Source of the DNA: an uncultured candidate division Zixibacteria bacterium
Lineage (GTDB): Bacteria > Zixibacteria > MSB-5A5 > GN15 > PGXB01
Assembly (NCBI GenBank): GCA_963702205.1
Contig: OY969724.1
Location: forward strand, 512,001-576,000
Direction: 5' to 3'
DNA: 64,000 nucleotides
The position numbers were made by a program, and so were the translations under genes. Under the pieces are notes generated by a model. It made no database searches. It saw only the letters and a program-made list of their open reading frames with translations, and was not told the origin of the DNA. The stretch's first letter is position 1; each line of letters begins with the position of its first letter. Shown one piece after another: positions 19,583-29,574 of the stretch.

Positions 19583-19985
19583 GTAGGTCGGGTTCTGAAT
19601 CCCGTATAACGGGATGAAAAACCCGACATCTCCAATTAAGTCATTCTGCAAATGCCCCTTATAATGTCATTCCCGACTTGATCGGGAATCCATCTTGGTT
19701 TTCCTGGATCCCCGCTTTCGCGAGGATGACATTAATATGGCGGTAATCTTCGTACGGCAGGAACCATGTTTTAATTGTCGGGTTTCTCCCCGACTTCGTC
19801 GGGATCGGAACCCGACCTACCTGTGTCTCGCGGGTGTTGTGGATTGGCGGGTCCTCGGACCCGCCGCCAACCCGGTCCCGATTTATCGGAATCGGGCACA
19901 ACGCCGGGATGCAATCCGCCATAAGACAAAGTCTTTTTGTCGGGTTTCTCTTCCCGATAAATCGGGACGCAGGACCTGTCAGAAC
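19583..19985. repeat. Second REP-like hairpin cluster
   Basis: Third copy of GTAGGTCGGGTTCTGAATCCCGT...AACCCGAC; ATTCCCGACTTGATCGGGAAT; GGATCCCCGCTTTCGCGAGGATGACA; GGCGGGTCCTCGGACCCGCC. Confidence 0.88.
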
Positions 19986-20053
19986 GAAACCGCTCGCCCC
20001 GCCCGCAGCGATTGACAGCGGCGAATCCTATTGATATATTGCCTGCTTGCCGA

Positions 20054-23037
20054 AACAGGGTATATGCAAATGAACAACCGACCGGTCATAAATCTCAAAA
20101 ACTACGAAACTCGTTTCGCCCAGTTCGATTCGTTGATGCGGTTTCGTATCAAAAATATCCTGTTTGTAGCGTCCCTGTACGACGCCTATATCCTCGAAGA
20201 AGACGGACAGCTCGCCGAACTGGTCTCCAGCCGGTTTGTGGAGCTGAACCTGTCACTCGCGCCGCATGTCAAGCGCGTCACGACCGGCCTTGAGGCGCTT
20301 AATCTCCTGCGCGAGAACAGCTACGATCTGGTCATCGTCTTTCGAGGTCTGAGCGATATCGACCTGGCGTCGTTCGCCACCGAGAGCAAAAGAATCAATC
20401 CCGACATCCCCGTTGCACTGCTGGCTTTCCACGCCCGCGAACTGGAGGTGCTCGAACACGGCTTCCCGGTCGGGGCCATCGACAAAGCCTTCTTCTGGAC
20501 CGGTGACGTCAATATCGTGCTGACCATTGTCAAGCATTTCGAGGACAAGCGCAATGTGGACCACGACACCAAACTGCTCGGGGTCCGGGTGATAATTGTC
20601 ATCGAGGATTCGGTCCGATTTTATTCGGCCTACCTGCCGCTGATATATTCGGAAATCCTGTCTCAGACCCGGGCGCTGATGGCCGACGGTCTCAACCAGG
20701 CCGACAAAATTTTGCGTATGCGAGCCCGTCCCAAAATTCTCCTGGCCGATAATTTCGAGGAAGGCTGGGAGATGTTTTTGCGCTACAAGAAATTCCTGCT
20801 CGGCGTCATTTCCGACGTCCGCTATATCAGGAACGGCAAGCTCGACGATACGGCCGGGATGGCGTTCGCCAAGCTGGCCCGCCTGGAAGTGCCCGACCTC
20901 CCGATATTGCTGCAGTCCTCGGATCCCAAGTATAAAAATCTGGCGCAGACGGCCGGGACCGCCTTTTTAAATAAAAACGCCCCCAATCTTTTGGGGCGTC
21001 TTCGGGCTTTCATCAAAAACAATTTCGGGTTCGGGGCGTTCGTGTTTCGTATGCCCGACGGCGGCGAAGTGGGGCGCGCCGAGGATTTCTATGATATGGA
21101 GCAGGCGCTCCAGAAAATCCCCGCCGAATCGATTATCTATCACGCCAATCGCAACCATTTTTCGAACTGGCTTATGGCCCGCACCGAATTCGACCTCGCC
21201 GCCAGAATTCGGCCCCGCACGGTTTCCGAATTCAAGGGTGCCGAAGCCCTGCGCAATTTCCTGATCGAATCGTTCCGTGGTTTCCGCCGTGCCCAACAGG
21301 CGGGAATTGTCACCGATTTCCGCCGTGATCAGTTCGAAAACGATGCCGCTTTCCTGCGCATTGGCGAGGGATCGCTCGGGGGCAAGGGCCGCGGTCTGGC
21401 GTTTATCAACAGCCTGATGAGCCGTTACCAGGTTTTCGAGGCTTTCGAGGGCTTTCGCGTATCGGTCCCGCGTTCGACCGTGATCGCCACGTCGGTTTTC
21501 GATAACTTCATGGAGGCCAACGACCTGTATGATTTCGCGCTCGAAGACAACAGCGATGATGATATCGCCGCCGCCTTTTTGAAAGCCAAAATGCCGAAGG
21601 ATACGCTCGTCGATCTTAAAATATACCTGGAATCAACCAAGTATCCTCTGGCGGTGCGGTCGTCGTCGCTTCTCGAGGATTCGCACTATCAGCCGTTCGC
21701 CGGTATATTCATCACACACATGCTGCCGAACAATCATGACAATATCAAAATCCGGCTCAAGCGGCTCGAAGAAGCCATTAAGTACACGTACGCCTCGATC
21801 TATTTCCGCAATTCCAAAAATTACATAGAGACTACCGGCAACCGGGTCGAGGAAGAAAAAATGGCCGTGATTCTTCAAAAGGTCGTCGGGGCCGAACGCC
21901 ACGGAGCGTACTATCCCGTCTTCTCCGGCATCGCGCGGTCGTACAACTTCTACCCGGTCGGCAATATGAAGCCCGACGAGGGCGTCGCCTATATCGCCCT
22001 GGGGCTGGGTAAGACGGTGGTCGACGGCAGCAAATGCCTGCGTTTTTCACCATCGCGCCCGCACGTCCTGCCGCAGTTTGGCACGACCAAAGACATGCTG
22101 ACCAACTCGCAGAAGGATTTTTATGCCATCGACATGACCAAACCCGAAATGCACCCCGACGCCACCGGTGAAAGCAGCCTGATCAAACTCGAAATCTCCC
22201 ACGCCGAAAAAGACGGGACGCTGAAATATGTCGGGTCATCGGTACTCCCGCCAGAACGACCGGGTGTACGACGGCATTGGCCGGGCCGGGGCACGGATGG
22301 TGACCTTCGCACCGATACTCAAATCACGCAGCTATGCCATCGACGAAATCCTGCGTTTCCTTTTGCAGCTGGGCACCAGTGCCATGGCCTGCCCGGTGGA
22401 AATCGAGTTCGCCGCCGAGATGTCCGCCGAACACGGTAAGAAAAACAAATTTTCGTTCCTTCAGATACGCCCCATGGGCCTCGAAATGGCCCACGAGGAA
22501 ATCTCGCTGGAAAGCCTGCCCGACGAGCGCGTCATCTGCCGGTGCAATCAGTCGCTGTCGCACGGACGGATCAACGGTTTGCGCGACATAATCATGATCC
22601 GGCCGGACAAATTCGATCGCTCCAATATGGTCAAGATGGCCCGGCAGATCGGTAAGTACAATCAAAAGATGAAAGAATCCGGGCGACAGTACTTACTCAT
22701 CGGGCCCGGCCGCTGGGGTTCGGCCGACCACTGGCTGGGGATACCGGTCGTCTGGGCGGAAATCTCCGCGGCACGGGTGATCGTCGAGGCGGCCTATGGT
22801 GACTTTGTCGTGACGCCGTCGTATGGCACGCATTTCTTCCAGAATATAATATCGCTCAATACCGGCTATTTCACCGTCACGCAGACCTATCCGGAAAATT
22901 ACATCGATATGGACTGGCTTCTGGAGCAGCCGTACGAGGACCAGACCGGCGGCATCCGGCACATTGTCCTCGAAAAACCGCTGGATATCTATATCGACGG
23001 CCGCGACGGCAAAGCGGCGATTCTCAAATCGGCCTGA
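20054..23037 (+). pseudogene. Receiver-like + PEP/pyruvate-binding (PPDK_N) protein, split by a frameshift near 22240
   Basis: NHFSNWLMARTEF, GSLGGKGRGLAF, PLAVRSSSLLEDS, ALGLGKTVV in one frame; ...YSRQNDRVYDG...LQIRP...GPGRWGS..WLGIPV.W..IS, PSYGTHFFQN continues in another frame. Could be an assembly error. Confidence 0.8.
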
Positions 23038-23099
23038 TATATCTCTATTGAAAACGTCGTATGTCTTTGCTATTGAATTCCCATTCGGGATTTATGTGC

Positions 23100-23300
23100 T
23101 GTCAGGAGCCCTTTTTCCCGCACTGTCAGGAACCCTTTCCTGACAGAAAGAAGCAATTCTTGTAGCTCACCCAACGGGTGAGTGAGTATGTTATGGCAAC
23201 CCAATTGGTTCGACAGCAAAAAGTAGGTCTGATTCCGAGTGAAGCGTAGGAAAAGTAGGTCGGGTTCCGAGTGGAGCGAAGCGTAACGAGAAACCCGACG
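23100..23300. repeat. REP-like hairpin cluster
   Basis: TGTCAGGA...TCCTGACA, GTAGCTCACCCAACGGGTGAG, GTAGGTCGGGTTCC...AACCCGAC. Confidence 0.75.
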
Positions 23301-23306
23301 GCTCTT

Positions 23307-24065
23307 TCAATCACCCGCAACATCGTTGACGGCATCTATGTACGCGCAATAATCGCAATGCGATGACGCCTCCGGAATGACAGCACTATTCAAACATTTA
23401 AATACATCCAAAATTACGCCTTCTATCCACCCATCATTTCCGGTGTACGGTATAAGCGTCAGATCGAATTCCAGCCTGGCGTCGAACGCGGCACTGTCAG
23501 CCTTACCATTGCAGTACAAAAAATACCCGATATCGGAAACATCAAAGCCGTTGTGTCTTAAAAGCCACTGATAGATTTCCATCTGGCGTTTGTACCCTGC
23601 GTGCCAGTCTTTATCGAGCGCCAATATTGCCTCGGATTTGGACGTGGACTTATAATCGACCACGATCAATTCACCGTCCGGATTCTGCCAGACGTCGTCG
23701 ATGGCCCCATGGATTAACAAATTTGTCGGCTCGTGGAGATACTGAACACCGGTGAAATTGTGCCGCCATTTATCGAGGTCGGGGTGGGCGTACGGGACAG
23801 CCTCGACACCGTACTGCTCCATCAGCGGATGGCGGGTTCCTCTGGCGCGATAGGAATCGAATTCGGTCTTGAGCAGACTATCGACCGCCGAATTCAGATT
23901 GAACGGAAACCCCGGCGGCCGCCCGACGCCAAGTTTGCGGTCGATGTAGAAACAGCGCGGACACTCGACAAACAGGTCGATTTTGGACCGACTCAGCTTA
24001 TACGGTTTCTCCTCTCCGCTCTTATACAAATTCCGCGTTCTCTGTGGGTTGTAGTAGTCTGACAT
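23307..24065 (-). CDS. PD-(D/E)XK nuclease, RecB/AddB/Cas4-like
   Basis: LSRSKI..F.ECPRCFY, GAIDD, IVVDYKST, QMEIYQWLL, C-terminal CDYC. Confidence 0.88.
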   Translation of the reverse strand: MSDYYNPQRTRNLYKSGEEKPYKLSRSKIDLFVECPRCFYIDRKLGVGRPPGFPFNLNSAVDSLLKTEFDSYRARGTRHPLMEQYGVEAVPYAHPDLDKWRHNFTGVQYLHEPTNLLIHGAIDDVWQNPDGELIVVDYKSTSKSEAILALDKDWHAGYKRQMEIYQWLLRHNGFDVSDIGYFLYCNGKADSAAFDARLEFDLTLIPYTGNDGWIEGVILDVFKCLNSAVIPEASSHCDYCAYIDAVNDVAGD

Positions 24066-24105
24066 ATTGGTTGCCTATAAATATAAACTTCAGCATCAAC
24101 ACTAA

Positions 24106-24665
24106 TTATGTGAGGAACAAATCAGGAGATTCTGATTTGATACGATTTAAAAAATATCTCATGGTTTCCGGCCATAATAAAGCTGCATTTGTTGGGCTGA
24201 CCGGAGGCGGTGTCCATTTCCCTGTAATATTGCCATTGTTTACTGAACCATTAATATATAAAAATTCATGAATTGGGGATTCTATATCATCATTCAGTAC
24301 ATTAAAGCGGGTTTCGTCGATTTGTGTATTGGGTTTGTCGACTACCAAGCCCTTCAAATAAAGTAAGATTGGTGTCCAGCTATTATGAGAATATCCCCAT
24401 ACATGGCTCAACTCATATAAAGAAAGATTTTCTTTCTTTTGCCTCGGTTTTAAATCTATAACAATGGCGCAATCAGGTTTTCCATATTGAATCAATTCTT
24501 TTCTCACATCGACATGCCATTTGCAAGGCTCATTAAGATCAATATTTTCCTGTTGTACCAATAATTTTGGGATTATTCCGAATTACACCCAAAAAGAGAT
24601 ACTTGCTCTTTTCTTAAATACTCAACACAATTGGATTCTCCGTGGTATTCATAAAGATAGTACAT
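24106..24665 (-). pseudogene. AT-rich hypothetical gene, probably frameshifted near 24580
   Basis: AAGGAGG-ATG at 24665 opens a 30-codon frame; the 151-aa remainder (24561-24106) is in another frame with only a TTG start. Confidence 0.5.
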
Positions 24666-24704
24666 TACCCGCCTCCTTTAAGAAATTCATCAGGAACACA
24701 ATAA

Positions 24705-24784
24705 CCCCGACCTTGTTGAAACTAACAATCGAAATATATGCTCATATACAGCCAATTCGCAACCCATAAATGCTCGCAAAGCGA
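24705..24784. repeat. 80-bp direct repeat, copy 1
   Basis: CCCCGACCTTGTTGAA..TAACAATCGAAATATATGCT...CGCAACCCATAAATGCTCGCAAAGCGA. Confidence 0.92.
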
Positions 24785-24862
24785 GGTGCCCCGCCCCTTC
24801 AGACGTGGGATATTTCCACTCCAAACAAGTTTGGAGTGGCCACCCGTCGCCGAAAGCCTGGA

Positions 24863-25429
24863 TTACTCTAACCCAAACCAACTCTTCAGAAATTTAAATT
24901 TACCTATCCTGTTTTTCTTTTTTGCTATATCACTCACTTCAAAATTATATTCATATAAATTATTACATTTATACTTCTTACCGCTGAGATCTTTGACTTC
25001 AGCCTTTATTGGGACTGCATATCTAACCCAAAGATCTTTAACATCCTTCGGAGTAAAATCACCGCCCCCCAATAGTTGATCAACGCTACCTGCGAAAATT
25101 TCAACCTCACAACTCGACCCAGGGTTTAATGGATAAGGGATTTGATCCATCCCAAGCCAATCTGTATCATACACTTGGATTTTGCGACCATTTCCTTCCA
25201 ATAAAAAACTATCTTTGTCAATAAGGATCGGTTTTCCTCCTATATTCGTCATTCGAAAAATTATCATAATTGAATCTGTATGTTCAAATATCGGCTCTGC
25301 ATCCTTGAATTTGGATTCATATGTGATCTCTAAGTGAATTGCTAGTTTTTTCCGCCTTTCCCATCTGGTCAAAACTAAAATGAAAATACTTAACGCAAAA
25401 CCTAAAATACCAATTATGTCTGCTGTCAT
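24863..25429 (-). CDS. AT-rich hypothetical protein with N-terminal TM helix
   Basis: GAGG RBS with ATG 25429 (MTADIIGILGFALSIFILVLTRW...). Confidence 0.7.
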   Translation of the reverse strand: MTADIIGILGFALSIFILVLTRWERRKKLAIHLEITYESKFKDAEPIFEHTDSIMIIFRMTNIGGKPILIDKDSFLLEGNGRKIQVYDTDWLGMDQIPYPLNPGSSCEVEIFAGSVDQLLGGGDFTPKDVKDLWVRYAVPIKAEVKDLSGKKYKCNNLYEYNFEVSDIAKKKNRIGKFKFLKSWFGLE

Positions 25430-25485
25430 TTGTACCTCAGAACTCTGAGTTGGCCACCCAAACCAATGCACATCATCTCGCGAAG

Positions 25486-25565
25486 CCCCGACCTTGTTGA
25501 ATTTAACAATCGAAATATATGCTGATATACGGCCGATGCGCAACCCATAAATGCTCGCAAAGCGA
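25486..25565. repeat. 80-bp direct repeat, copy 2
   Basis: Near-identical to 24705-24784 (period 781). Confidence 0.92.
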
Positions 25566-25815
25566 TGGTGATTCCGATCGTCTGTATAATATAGAGGCTA
25601 TAAGTATGACTATAATTAAAGCAATATACAGCCGTGACCGGGCGTTTTTCGATGAATCCCATCGGGTGACAATTTCGACTTTGTCGAAATCAACACCCGA
25701 CGGAACGAGTCATGTTTTCAAATTCGAACCCATTTTGCCGTAAGCCAGAGACTATAAACACCTTACAGGTTTTTGTGGATGCCTTAATCTACGATGCAAA
25801 TTAAACAACCTCGCA

Positions 25816-25868
25816 GTCAGGAGCGCCCTTCGCTACACTCAGGACCTTCGGCACGGCTCCTGACCTGC
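25816..25868. repeat. REP-like hairpin
   Basis: GTCAGGAGC...GCTCCTGAC-CTGC; related element at 54955-54981. Confidence 0.65.
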
Positions 25869-25885
25869 ATGAAGAGTGCAAAAAG

Positions 25886-25914
25886 AAAAAGCGTCGGGAA
25901 GGGATTCCCGACGC
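25886..25914 (-). terminator. Terminator of the ior-buk-ptb operon
   Basis: GCGTCGGGAA-N4-TTCCCGACGC stem with T tract on the minus strand. Confidence 0.8.
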
Positions 25915-25949
25915 CGCTTATTCTTACAATATACGAAAGATTTTAAATG

Positions 25950-26888
25950 CTAATTCCAGACCCCGAAAGCCGCGAGCAGAATTGAGTTCAGGACGTTCTT
26001 CGATGAATCGACCGCCGAGGCTGTCGCGATCGGGACCTTTGCACCCCAGAAAATCGCCCCGGCGTCGGCTTTGACAAATTGCACCATCGCCTTATAGAGA
26101 CCGTTGGCCGTCTCCAGATTCGGCGGCATGAAAATATCGGCCTCCCCCGCCACCGGCGAATTGGTGATCCCCTTGGAGTGAGCGACCTCGGTACTTATCG
26201 CCACGTCGAACGACAGCGGCCCGTCGACCACCACGCCCTTGATCTGCCCGCGGTCGGACATCTTGGCGATAGCGGCTTCCTCCATAGTTACAGGAATTGC
26301 CGGATATATCGCCTCAACCGCCGCCAGAAGCGCCGCACGGGGTTGGTCGATCCCGAATTTGGAAACGTACGATCCGGCTGTACCAAGGATATTAAGCTTT
26401 TTAGCCGCATTGGGCGCGGCGTTGACGGCACCGTCGGTCACGAACATCAACTTTTTGTATCTTGGAGTTTGCATGACACCGATGTGCACTATGGTATCCT
26501 TTTTCGAGGCCAGACCGTTATCGTTATAAATGTATGACACAAAATCGCGCGAGGCGATGTCACCTTTGAGCAGGATATCACACCCGCCCGAGCGCGCCAG
26601 TTCAAAAGCCTTGGACGCTGCTTCGGCGGCGGTAGTACAATCCATAACTTCAAAACCCACGTCGTTCAAGTCCGAGCCGAAGCTGTCTTCGGAGGCGTTG
26701 GCGATAAGAGCGTCTACTTTCGCTTTCGGTCCGAAAAAGATCGGCCTGACCAGCCCCATATCGACCGCCTCGACCACGGCATCGATGTACTTACGATCGG
26801 TCGGCCAGACAACGCCCAATTTGAGCAGGCCCTTTTTGGCGCTCTTTACCTGCCGGGTGAGGTCCGCGTATGATTTAATCGTCTCCAT
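25950..26888 (-). CDS. ptb: Phosphate acyltransferase (phosphate butyryltransferase family)
   Basis: LLKG, FVTDGAVN, LLAAVE, VVDGPLSFDVAIS, VAGEADI, ANGLYK. Confidence 0.85.
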   Translation of the reverse strand: METIKSYADLTRQVKSAKKGLLKLGVVWPTDRKYIDAVVEAVDMGLVRPIFFGPKAKVDALIANASEDSFGSDLNDVGFEVMDCTTAAEAASKAFELARSGGCDILLKGDIASRDFVSYIYNDNGLASKKDTIVHIGVMQTPRYKKLMFVTDGAVNAAPNAAKKLNILGTAGSYVSKFGIDQPRAALLAAVEAIYPAIPVTMEEAAIAKMSDRGQIKGVVVDGPLSFDVAISTEVAHSKGITNSPVAGEADIFMPPNLETANGLYKAMVQFVKADAGAIFWGAKVPIATASAVDSSKNVLNSILLAAFGVWN

Positions 26889-26902
26889 GCTATATCTTCC
26901 CC

Positions 26903-27868
26903 CTACTGCCCGATTCCGCCGGTTTGTTCGTAGTACGCCGCCAGCAGACAGGCGATCGACACCGAGGCTTTTTTGTTGGTTATCGTATCGGTCCGCGATA
27001 CGAGGCTCACCGGCACCCGCGCCCCGACTATCACTCCGGCGAAGACGGCGTCGATAAAATTAATCAGCGCCTTGGCGATGATATTGCACTCTTCGATAGA
27101 GCTGACCAGATAAATATCGGCCTGGCCCGCCACCGGCCCGTCGATTTTTTTCTTCGCGGCGATCTCTTTGGACGTCGCGGCATCGAAAGTCAGCGGCCCC
27201 TGTATTTCGACGTCGGGGTAATTATTCGCCCGCATCTCTTTGACGAATGCAGCGGCTTCGACGGAGGCTGGGACATCGTCGTACACTTTATCGACCGCAC
27301 CGGAAACCGCGACTTTGACCGGCGATATCCCCAGCGCTTTGGAGACGTAAACGGCGTTTTCGAGAATCTGGCGCTTCTGATTGCGGCCCGGCTCGACCAC
27401 CATGCCGCCGTCGGTCATCGACAGGAGTTTATCGTAGCCGGGTATATCGAGCACGGCACAGTGCGAAATGGTGTTCTTGGTGCGCAGATTAAATTCTTTA
27501 GCCAGCACGGTCTTGAGAAGCGCCGAGGTCGACACAAAACCTTTCATGACGATATCGGCGCTGCCCTCGGCCGCCATCTTGACGGCGCCATAGGTCGCCT
27601 TAAGGCCGTCGGCTTCGTGAACCACGTCGAGTTTGGAGATATCTATGTTCTCTTTGGACGATATATCTTCGATTTTGCTTTTATCACCGAACAGAGTCGC
27701 ATTGAGAATACCGTCGGCGTTGGCCTGGGCCAGCGCGCTCATGACGGCACCGTCCTGCGCCCCCGCCACGGCGACCATTCGGCAGCGGTCCTCCGCGGCC
27801 AGCGCTTTGGCGGCCTCGATAATCTGCTCCGATGATTTAATCGGCTTGTTTGTGGTAGATACCGGCAT
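26903..27868 (-). CDS. ptb: Phosphate butyryltransferase family protein
   Basis: IVMKGFVST, ISH, MTDGGM, IQGPLTFD, VAGQADI, GARVPVSLVSR. Confidence 0.88.
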   Translation of the reverse strand: MPVSTTNKPIKSSEQIIEAAKALAAEDRCRMVAVAGAQDGAVMSALAQANADGILNATLFGDKSKIEDISSKENIDISKLDVVHEADGLKATYGAVKMAAEGSADIVMKGFVSTSALLKTVLAKEFNLRTKNTISHCAVLDIPGYDKLLSMTDGGMVVEPGRNQKRQILENAVYVSKALGISPVKVAVSGAVDKVYDDVPASVEAAAFVKEMRANNYPDVEIQGPLTFDAATSKEIAAKKKIDGPVAGQADIYLVSSIEECNIIAKALINFIDAVFAGVIVGARVPVSLVSRTDTITNKKASVSIACLLAAYYEQTGGIGQ

Positions 27869-27879
27869 ATTTGTACCTT

Positions 27880-28947
27880 TTAATATTCTTTGGGTGTTTC
27901 GCGGCCGCTTAGAACCCGCCGCGCTCCAGCCGCGAGCGCCTCCATCTCGAACTCCCCGGGCACGACAACGATATCGCCCAGAAACGAAATGTACTCTTTG
28001 AGTGTACTTATCAACCGCGATGAATTGGCCATGCCGCCGGTCAGGACGACGGCATCGAAATTCCCCTTGAGTACCGCCGCGACCGAGCCGATCTCTTTGG
28101 CGATTTGGTACACCATGGCGTTATAGTACAGCCCGGCTTTTTCGTCGCCGCTTTCGATCATCTCCTCGACTTTACGCAGGTCGGCCTCGCCGAGATAGGC
28201 CTTGAGCCCAGCCTCGCGGGAAAGCTTCGTGGTCAATTCTTTCTCGGTATACTTACCACCGTACGCCAGCTTAACCAGCGCCCCGATCGGCAGCGCTCCG
28301 GCCCGATCGGGCGAGAACGGCCCCATACCGAGGAGGGCGTCGTTGACGTCGATTACTTTGCCGCCATCGAGCGCTGCGACTGACACGCCGCCGCCCATGT
28401 GCACCGCGATATAGCGGCACTGTTCGAGCGTCTTGCCTCGTTTTTCCGATTCCCGTCGGCAGACCTCTTTGATGTTCAAAGCGTGCGAGCGGCATTTACG
28501 CTCTATTTCGGGAAGACCCGATATGCGCGCCAGCAGCGTGAAATTATCTATGGTTATCGGGTCGACTATTACCGCCGGGACGTTATAGCGTCGTCCGAGA
28601 AAATCGGCAATGATGGCGCCGAGATTCGAGGCGTGGTTGCTGTAACGGGCGTTTTTGAGATCGTCGAGCAGCTTTTGATTGATGTTATAGACCCCGCCTT
28701 CGAGGGGTTTGACCGGTGCACCGCGCCCGGCTATGGCCACAACTTTTTTCTCACCGATCTTCTGGCTTTCCAACCACTGGTCGATCTGGGTCATGCGCAG
28801 CTCGAATTGCTCGGCGACGTTGTCGAATTTCGCGAGTTGATCCGACGGATGCGTGACATTTTCCTGGGCGATTTTTTCATTTCCCCGGAAAAGAGCGGTC
28901 TTGGTCGAGGTGGAACCGGGGTTGATTACTATGATGATTTCATCCAT
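27880..28947 (-). CDS. buk: Butyrate kinase
   Basis: INPGSTSTK, HASNLGA, HALN, HMGGGVSV, GPFSPDRAG, LTGGMA, PGEFEM. Confidence 0.97.
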   Translation of the reverse strand: MDEIIIVINPGSTSTKTALFRGNEKIAQENVTHPSDQLAKFDNVAEQFELRMTQIDQWLESQKIGEKKVVAIAGRGAPVKPLEGGVYNINQKLLDDLKNARYSNHASNLGAIIADFLGRRYNVPAVIVDPITIDNFTLLARISGLPEIERKCRSHALNIKEVCRRESEKRGKTLEQCRYIAVHMGGGVSVAALDGGKVIDVNDALLGMGPFSPDRAGALPIGALVKLAYGGKYTEKELTTKLSREAGLKAYLGEADLRKVEEMIESGDEKAGLYYNAMVYQIAKEIGSVAAVLKGNFDAVVLTGGMANSSRLISTLKEYISFLGDIVVVPGEFEMEALAAGARRVLSGRETPKEY

Positions 28948-28966
28948 ACACCCGTCCCCTTACAGT

Positions 28967-29566
28967 TTAAACCGAGACTTTCGTCGCGGCCAGTTCCTGA
29001 CCCTTGGCGAAAGCGACCAGGTTTATATCCACGAATTTCGGTTTGACGCGCGCTTTGAAAGATTCCTGCCAAATGGCGTTGACGAACTCCAGCCGCGAAG
29101 AAATCACTCCGAGCAACAGCGTGTTGACCAGCCGGATATTGCCCAGCTCAAGGGCAATCTTGTCGGCATCGATGGCGATGACGTTCTTCATCTTCTGGCG
29201 CATAATCTCGACCGGATTATCCGGGTAAGAAACATCTTTGCCCATCGCACTGGGCGGGATAAGTCTTGTGGTCGAAGTCGCTATCAAACCGTCTTTTTTC
29301 ACCCAGTCCATAGCGCGCAAAGCCTCAGCCTGCTCGAAAGAAATCAGGATGTCGGCGCTGCCGTAGGGGATTATTGGTGAGTACACTTTCGGTCCATACT
29401 TGACGTGCGATGATACCACCCCGCCTCGCTGGGACATCCCGTGCACTTCGCTTTTCTTGGTGTCGTAACCGGCCTTCATGGCGACGTCGGAGAGAATTTC
29501 CGAAGCGAGAAGCACGCCCTGTCCGCCGACACCGACTATCAATATATTGGTCGTTTTATTTTCCAT
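28967..29566 (-). CDS. iorB: Indolepyruvate:ferredoxin oxidoreductase beta subunit
   Basis: GVGGQGVLLA, SEVHGMSQRGGVV. Confidence 0.95.
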   Translation of the reverse strand: MENKTTNILIVGVGGQGVLLASEILSDVAMKAGYDTKKSEVHGMSQRGGVVSSHVKYGPKVYSPIIPYGSADILISFEQAEALRAMDWVKKDGLIATSTTRLIPPSAMGKDVSYPDNPVEIMRQKMKNVIAIDADKIALELGNIRLVNTLLLGVISSRLEFVNAIWQESFKARVKPKFVDINLVAFAKGQELAATKVSV

Positions 29567-29574
29567 CGGTCACC

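Noticed and set aside
22230..22250. Programmed ribosomal frameshift
   Set aside because: No slippery sequence or homopolymer at the junction; a simple indel is more likely.
24705..25565. Integron attC sites
   Set aside because: No RYYYAAC/GTTRRRY inverted cores or long hairpin; repeats lie upstream of genes; no intI in the window.
25606..25743. 45-codon ORF (MTIIKAIYSRD...DGTSHVFKFEP), faintly like an IS91 transposase fragment
   Set aside because: Too short and the resemblance too weak to support.
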